Positions 59,434 to 64,000 of a stretch of 64,000 nt of DNA are shown here, piece by piece; the first letter of the stretch is position 1, and every line of letters begins with the position of its first letter. The notes below the pieces were generated by a model that did no database searches, was not told the origin of the DNA, and saw only the letters and a list, made by a program, of their open reading frames with translations. Both the position numbers and the translations under genes were made by a program. Source of the DNA: Candidatus Kapaibacterium sp. GTDB lineage: Bacteria; Bacteroidota; Ignavibacteria; Kapaibacteriales; UBA2268. The DNA is taken from assembly GCA_963665665.1 (NCBI GenBank), contig OY762428.1, forward strand, positions 2,784,001-2,848,000. The letters run 5' to 3'.

Positions 59434-62283
59434 CTAATTTATTATAAACTTACCGGATTTTACTTTTCCGTTGTGTTCTATCCTGAGCAGGTAAGCACCG
59501 GCAGAAAACCCGGTAATATCTACCCGGTTGATTTTCCCGCTGACATTTGCGGAGCTATATACAGGATTTCCCAAAATGTCATATATCAATATCTGATCAA
59601 TCACATTTTTATTATCATTCTTTATAATTAAATATCCGGAATTTGTGTAAAAGGAAAGTCCAGGTATCTCTTCATCAACACCAAGGGCATCCCCCGTGGT
59701 AAATTGCCAGGTTTCAGACCACTCGCCGCTGCCGATATCATTTATTCCACGAACCCGCCATTTGTAAGTAGTATATTCTTCGAGCATATTTGCACTGTCA
59801 CTGACAATCTCCCCCTCATTCTCAGAACTGTTTGAATTCAATATTATATTTGATTGGTAATCCATCAGTATCAATTCATAGCTATCGGCATCAGGAAGGT
59901 TTTCCCAAATAAATTCCAGGTTTCTCTCAACTCCCGTAGAGTTATCAGGCGGGTATCGAAGGACTACTTTATCCGGGACTGATTCAATTGTTGTAAATTT
60001 CCAGGTATCCGACCACTCGCCATCGCCCAGCTCATTTGAAGCTCTGGCTTTCCAGAAATAATCGGCTTCAATAACAAGATCAGAAATAGTATATTTCGGC
60101 TGTAAATGTTCTTCAGCAGGTATTATTTCATTAAGTATCTCATCCATTTCCGAATCATAAACGAGCAGGTTGTAGCTGTCAGCTTCCTGAAGTTTGTTCC
60201 ATTCAAGCAAAGCTTCCGATCCCTGAACTTCAGAATTATCAAGTGGTAATTCCAGATAAACTTTTCTGGGAACTGAATTTCCTGTTGTAAACTTCCAGGT
60301 TTCAGAAAGCGTGCCCTTACCTAATTCATTTTCTCCGATCACGTTCCAGTAATAAACTGAATTTGGGGTAAGATACTTTAAATCTTTTGTTGAGTAGATT
60401 CCAGTTTCTTCATCAATATAGGTTCTCATTATATTATTCATGTCGGCATCATAAAGATTTAGAGTATATTCTTCGGCATATTCATCATTTTCCCATTTCA
60501 AAGCCAGGTTAACAGGCATGTTTGTAGTATCGTCCGGTGGGTAGTTCAAAACAATTTTCCCCGGCAGCATTCCCCCGATAGTAAAGGAATATGATTCGCT
60601 GTATTTGCTTTCGTCGCTTCCGTTAATTGCTTTTACCTTCCAGTTATATTCTCCGGCCGGCAGTGTATCATTAAGCAGGTATTGAGTTTCCGCCGCCCTA
60701 AATATTTTATCTTCAATTTCGTTCCCGCTGATAACAAGCTCGTATTCAAGCGCCGAATTAACAGATGTCCATTCAAAATTTATTTCAGCAACAGGAAATT
60801 CGCTGCCATTTTCAGGCATCAAAAGCTGAGGGGAGATAAGTTCGTTCAATGAAATAAAACGTGCAATGAATATTTCCATATTACCCCGATATATTGATTG
60901 CTGCGCTCCATCAGTAACAAATACATCAGGTGAATTTGATTTCGTGGCGCCGGCTATTGTTAAAGTGTTGCCATCAGACAAAATTCCGAAAATATGTTCT
61001 GTCGATCCGGCACCGTAATATGATGCATATTCCAATTCAAGATCATTATTAAAAACAGCAAAGTAGCCGTCTGAATTATCGTTCTTATTTTGCTGCCATA
61101 CTCCTGATGTAGATATACCCGAAGAACTTTCCGTACTGCCGCAGATAAGAATATTATCATTTTCATCAATATCCAATCCAACAGCTGATTCAAAAGCGGC
61201 GCCGCCGAAATAGGTACATTCGATCAGATCAAGATTTGAATCAAATTTTGCAATAAATGAGTCGAAGTTGCCGGCTCTTTCCGGCTGATAGGTTCCGTTT
61301 GTACCAATATCTGTGCTCTGGGTTTCCCCTGCAAGAATAATTTCTCCTTTTGAATTTATGCCGAGCGCCTGGGGATGTTCATATTTATCACCGCCGAAAT
61401 AAGTAGCTTTAACTAATTCTCCTTCCGGGGTAAATTCAGCAAGGAAGCTGTTTCCATCGCCATTCAATTCGGATTGATAAGCACCGGGTGTTGCAATATT
61501 CTCTGATGATTCGGCAAGCCCCATCAGAATAATATTCCCGTTGTCTTTTAGAACGACATCCTTTCCGGTATCAAGTTTATCTCCCCCGAAGTAGGTGCTC
61601 CAAAGCAGATTCCCATTTGTATCCAGCATGGCAAGATATGCATCGCCCACGCCGGCAAAAGCTGACTGATGTGCCCCCTGGGTTAGGGGAAAATCTTCGC
61701 TTACTGTTCGTCCGCATGTAATAATTTTTCCGTTTCCGATATAATCAATTGCGTGAACATGTTCATTTACTGATCCGCCAAGATAGGTACTCCAGATTCT
61801 GTTGCCGTTCTTATCAAATTTTGCAATGAAGGCATCGTCACCGCCCCCAAGTGTCGGCTGGAAAGAATTATCGCTGCCGATAACTGTTGTTGATCCGGTA
61901 AATCCGGTAATATAAATATTATCTTCATCATCGGTACAGACATCACGGGCGAAATCCCATTGGTTACCGCCAAAGAATGTACTCCAAAGCCTTTCACCTT
62001 CCTGGTTATATTTAACTATAAATACATCCCTTGCCCCGTTCAAACCGGTTTGATAAGCCCCGGGGCTGGCAATAAAATCGTTATAATTCCCTGATTTTGT
62101 TCCACCCACAACAATGATATTATTCTCTGAATCTGAAGTAAAGGCTTTGCTTCTGCTTGTTTCTTCCCCTGCATTGCCGTAATAAGTTCCCCACAGCCGG
62201 GTGTAATCAAGATTGGCAGAATAAATTTGGCTGAATGTTGCTGTTAAAATTATTAAAATTAAAAAGAGTCTCCGCTGTTTCAT
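59434..62283 (-). CDS. secreted SBBP-repeat beta-propeller protein with FN3-like repeats and T9SS C-terminal domain
   Basis: Repeated WSTY.GG...D / DAFIAKF motifs, four Y.W.V...N..G.G.WS.TW.FTT modules, SAGAYLL...KFIIN. Confidence 0.85.
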   Translation of the reverse strand: MKQRRLFLILIILTATFSQIYSANLDYTRLWGTYYGNAGEETSRSKAFTSDSENNIIVVGGTKSGNYNDFIASPGAYQTGLNGARDVFIVKYNQEGERLWSTFFGGNQWDFARDVCTDDEDNIYITGFTGSTTVIGSDNSFQPTLGGGDDAFIAKFDKNGNRIWSTYLGGSVNEHVHAIDYIGNGKIITCGRTVSEDFPLTQGAHQSAFAGVGDAYLAMLDTNGNLLWSTYFGGDKLDTGKDVVLKDNGNIILMGLAESSENIATPGAYQSELNGDGNSFLAEFTPEGELVKATYFGGDKYEHPQALGINSKGEIILAGETQSTDIGTNGTYQPERAGNFDSFIAKFDSNLDLIECTYFGGAAFESAVGLDIDENDNILICGSTESSSGISTSGVWQQNKNDNSDGYFAVFNNDLELEYASYYGAGSTEHIFGILSDGNTLTIAGATKSNSPDVFVTDGAQQSIYRGNMEIFIARFISLNELISPQLLMPENGSEFPVAEINFEWTSVNSALEYELVISGNEIEDKIFRAAETQYLLNDTLPAGEYNWKVKAINGSDESKYSESYSFTIGGMLPGKIVLNYPPDDTTNMPVNLALKWENDEYAEEYTLNLYDADMNNIMRTYIDEETGIYSTKDLKYLTPNSVYYWNVIGENELGKGTLSETWKFTTGNSVPRKVYLELPLDNSEVQGSEALLEWNKLQEADSYNLLVYDSEMDEILNEIIPAEEHLQPKYTISDLVIEADYFWKARASNELGDGEWSDTWKFTTIESVPDKVVLRYPPDNSTGVERNLEFIWENLPDADSYELILMDYQSNIILNSNSSENEGEIVSDSANMLEEYTTYKWRVRGINDIGSGEWSETWQFTTGDALGVDEEIPGLSFYTNSGYLIIKNDNKNVIDQILIYDILGNPVYSSANVSGKINRVDITGFSAGAYLLRIEHNGKVKSGKFIIN

Positions 62284-62376
62284 AAATGCACCTGATATTT
62301 AACACCATTAATGATGCAATGTATAACAAAAAAGATTAATATTTGTTACGGGAGTATAAGATTATTTTTCAAAAAA

Positions 62377-62402
62377 AAAAAGGACAGGATAGCCTGCCCT
62401 TC
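62377..62402 (-). terminator. probable terminator downstream of tal
   Basis: aaggacagg-atag-cctgccctt stem next to a long A run (T tail on - strand). Confidence 0.6.
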
Positions 62403-62425
62403 AATAAAGATATATCAAATATATT

Positions 62426-63100
62426 TTATATGTCCATGTTTTTCTGGATTTCTGTCTGCATTTTGTCATAATCAGCAAGGAATTTTTTCAGTCCGATATC
62501 GGTTAAGGGGTGCTTTAATGATTGCATAAGTACATTGTAAGGTACAGTTGCTATATCAGCGCCGGCTTTTGCAGATTCAACAATATGTATGGGGTGGCGG
62601 ATTGAAGCTGAAATGATCTGTGCATCATAATCCTGAACATCCCAGATTTCACCGATTTCATAAAGAATTTCAGCTGAACTGTGAGCAATATCATCTAAGC
62701 GGCCCATGAATACGGAAACATAAGTTGCACCGGCATTAGCAGCGGCAATTGCCTGGGTTGTATTAAATACGAGCGTTACATTTGTAGGAATATTCTGGTC
62801 TGCAAGAGCTTTTGCAGCAGCAAGTCCGTTCGGGATGCAGGGGATTTTAATTGTTGCATCGGGGAACCATGAGATTATCTCTTCGGCTTCTTTCAGCATA
62901 CCTTTTGTCTCAGTAGAAATTACTTCAACGGAAAGATGCCCTCCCACGAGTTTATGAATATCAAGGATTCTGTCTTTTACATCAACTGTCGGGTCTTCTT
63001 TAGCAAGCAGGCTTGGGTTAGTTGTTACACCGGATATAATACCGAGCGATGCTGCGTGGCGGATATGATCGATATTAGCGGTATCGACGTATAATTCCAT
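62426..63100 (-). CDS. tal: transaldolase (short TalC/Fsa-type)
   Basis: VDTAN, GVTTNPSL, SVEV (Glu), IKIP, SVFMGRLDD (Phe as in transaldolases), ASIRHP, HPLTD. Confidence 0.9.
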   Translation of the reverse strand: MELYVDTANIDHIRHAASLGIISGVTTNPSLLAKEDPTVDVKDRILDIHKLVGGHLSVEVISTETKGMLKEAEEIISWFPDATIKIPCIPNGLAAAKALADQNIPTNVTLVFNTTQAIAAANAGATYVSVFMGRLDDIAHSSAEILYEIGEIWDVQDYDAQIISASIRHPIHIVESAKAGADIATVPYNVLMQSLKHPLTDIGLKKFLADYDKMQTEIQKNMDI

Positions 63101-63175
63101 GTTTCTTTCTCCGTAAGGTTCTAAAATTTATGTACAATAAACTGTTTCAAAACTAATGATTTTTTAGATTTCTGC

Positions 63176-63835
63176 CTAATTGTCATTTTCTTTTGTTAAA
63201 TCTCTTGGGGGCATTGCCGAAACAATGCTGACAATAAGCTGAGTACTGTTCTTTAAATCCTCCGGGTTGCCATTATTATCTATTACAAAATCAGCATGAT
63301 CTCTTTTGAACTGCGGGCTCAGCTGGCTTTCCATACGTTTTTTCACTTCATCAGAGCTGCTGCCGTTTCTATCTGCTACACGTTTAATACAGTTTTCCTC
63401 ATCGGCGTAAACGGAAATTATGTAGTCGAAACCATCTGCCAGGCCAGCTTCATATATCAGGGCGCTTTCTTTGAAAATGATCTTTTCACCTTCATTTTCG
63501 TATTTTTCGACCATTTCGATCATATCATCAATTACAGCCGGATGAACAATTTTATTCAGTTTATCAAGGTTTGATTTTTTTTCGGGATCATCGCCAAAAA
63601 CCAGGCCTGCAAGGAATGTTCTGTTCAAACTACCGTCAGACAGGTAAGTTTCATTACCGAATGTATCAATAATTTTGGCTTTTACTGCTTCATTTTCGGA
63701 CATTATTTTCTTTGCCTGGTCATCGGCAATAAGTACTTTATAGCCCATTTCGGCAATAATTTTTGCAACCGAAGTTTTTCCGCTGCCAATTCCTCCGGTA
63801 ATTCCTATAACAAGCGCTCTGTTTTTATTTTCCAT
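63176..63835 (-). CDS. coaE: dephospho-CoA kinase
   Basis: GITGGIGSGKT, LNKIVHP, ALIYE, RMESQ, ADFVIDNNG. Confidence 0.95.
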   Translation of the reverse strand: MENKNRALVIGITGGIGSGKTSVAKIIAEMGYKVLIADDQAKKIMSENEAVKAKIIDTFGNETYLSDGSLNRTFLAGLVFGDDPEKKSNLDKLNKIVHPAVIDDMIEMVEKYENEGEKIIFKESALIYEAGLADGFDYIISVYADEENCIKRVADRNGSSSDEVKKRMESQLSPQFKRDHADFVIDNNGNPEDLKNSTQLIVSIVSAMPPRDLTKENDN

Positions 63836-63925
63836 AATTCATAATTATTAAAGAAATTATAATATTTTAAAGGCAAGATATACAAAAGAAATTGAAAAAA
63901 AAATTAAATAATTGAAAAATATTTC

Positions 63926-63956
63926 TTGCGTAATTCAGAAATTACCCTTAACTTTG
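63926..63956 (+). promoter_or_regulatory. Bacteroidota-type promoter (TTG...TAACTTTG) for the tRNA
   Basis: TAnnTTTG at 63949-63956 with TTG at 63926-63928, ~20 nt upstream of the tRNA 5' end. Confidence 0.6.
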
Positions 63957-63977
63957 TACTCTGTTACGATGACAGTT

Positions 63978-64000
63978 GGCCCTGTCGACTAACGGTTAGG
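63978..64000 (+). tRNA. tRNA 5' end, probably tRNA-Glu (truncated by window edge)
   Basis: GGCCCTG-TC-GACTAACGGTTAGG fits an acceptor strand plus D-arm typical of tRNA-Glu; the anticodon is outside the window. Confidence 0.65.

Noticed and set aside
660-63574. numerous 60-250 aa antisense or alternate-frame ORFs inside long genes
   Set aside because: They are shadow ORFs fully overlapping well-supported CDSs, with no recognisable motifs.

Overview
A 64-kb chromosomal segment from an AT-rich diderm bacterium, probably of the FCB group. Kapabacteria/Ignavibacteria-like is an inference from flagellar genes co-occurring with nine T9SS-type C-terminal-domain cargo proteins and TAnnTTTG promoter motifs. 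The window opens with fliE(3' end)-fliF-fliG-fliH-fliI and ends at the 5' end of a tRNA (probably Glu). In between lie housekeeping and transport genes (mtaB, pstS, M16 peptidase, gmhA, engB, cutA, tal, coaE, a MacB/MFP/TolC-type efflux set), large secreted proteins, a TetM-like GTPase, two RelE/ParE toxin-antitoxin pairs (one toxin frameshifted) and an Rpn nuclease. The most unusual structures are: (1) a ~1.5-1.7 kb non-coding composite element in two inverted copies (~22.9-24.6 kb, ~57.7-59.2 kb), built on a fold-back pair of 21-bp tandem arrays around a palindromic centre and decorated with several nested REP-like families; (2) two tandem secreted beta-propeller paralogues with alternating near-identical and highly divergent blocks; (3) a ~100-bp leader duplicated in front of both a TA pair and an Rpn gene. 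No CRISPR array, integrase, reverse transcriptase or intact transposase was recognised. All calls rest on motif recognition by eye; no searches were run.
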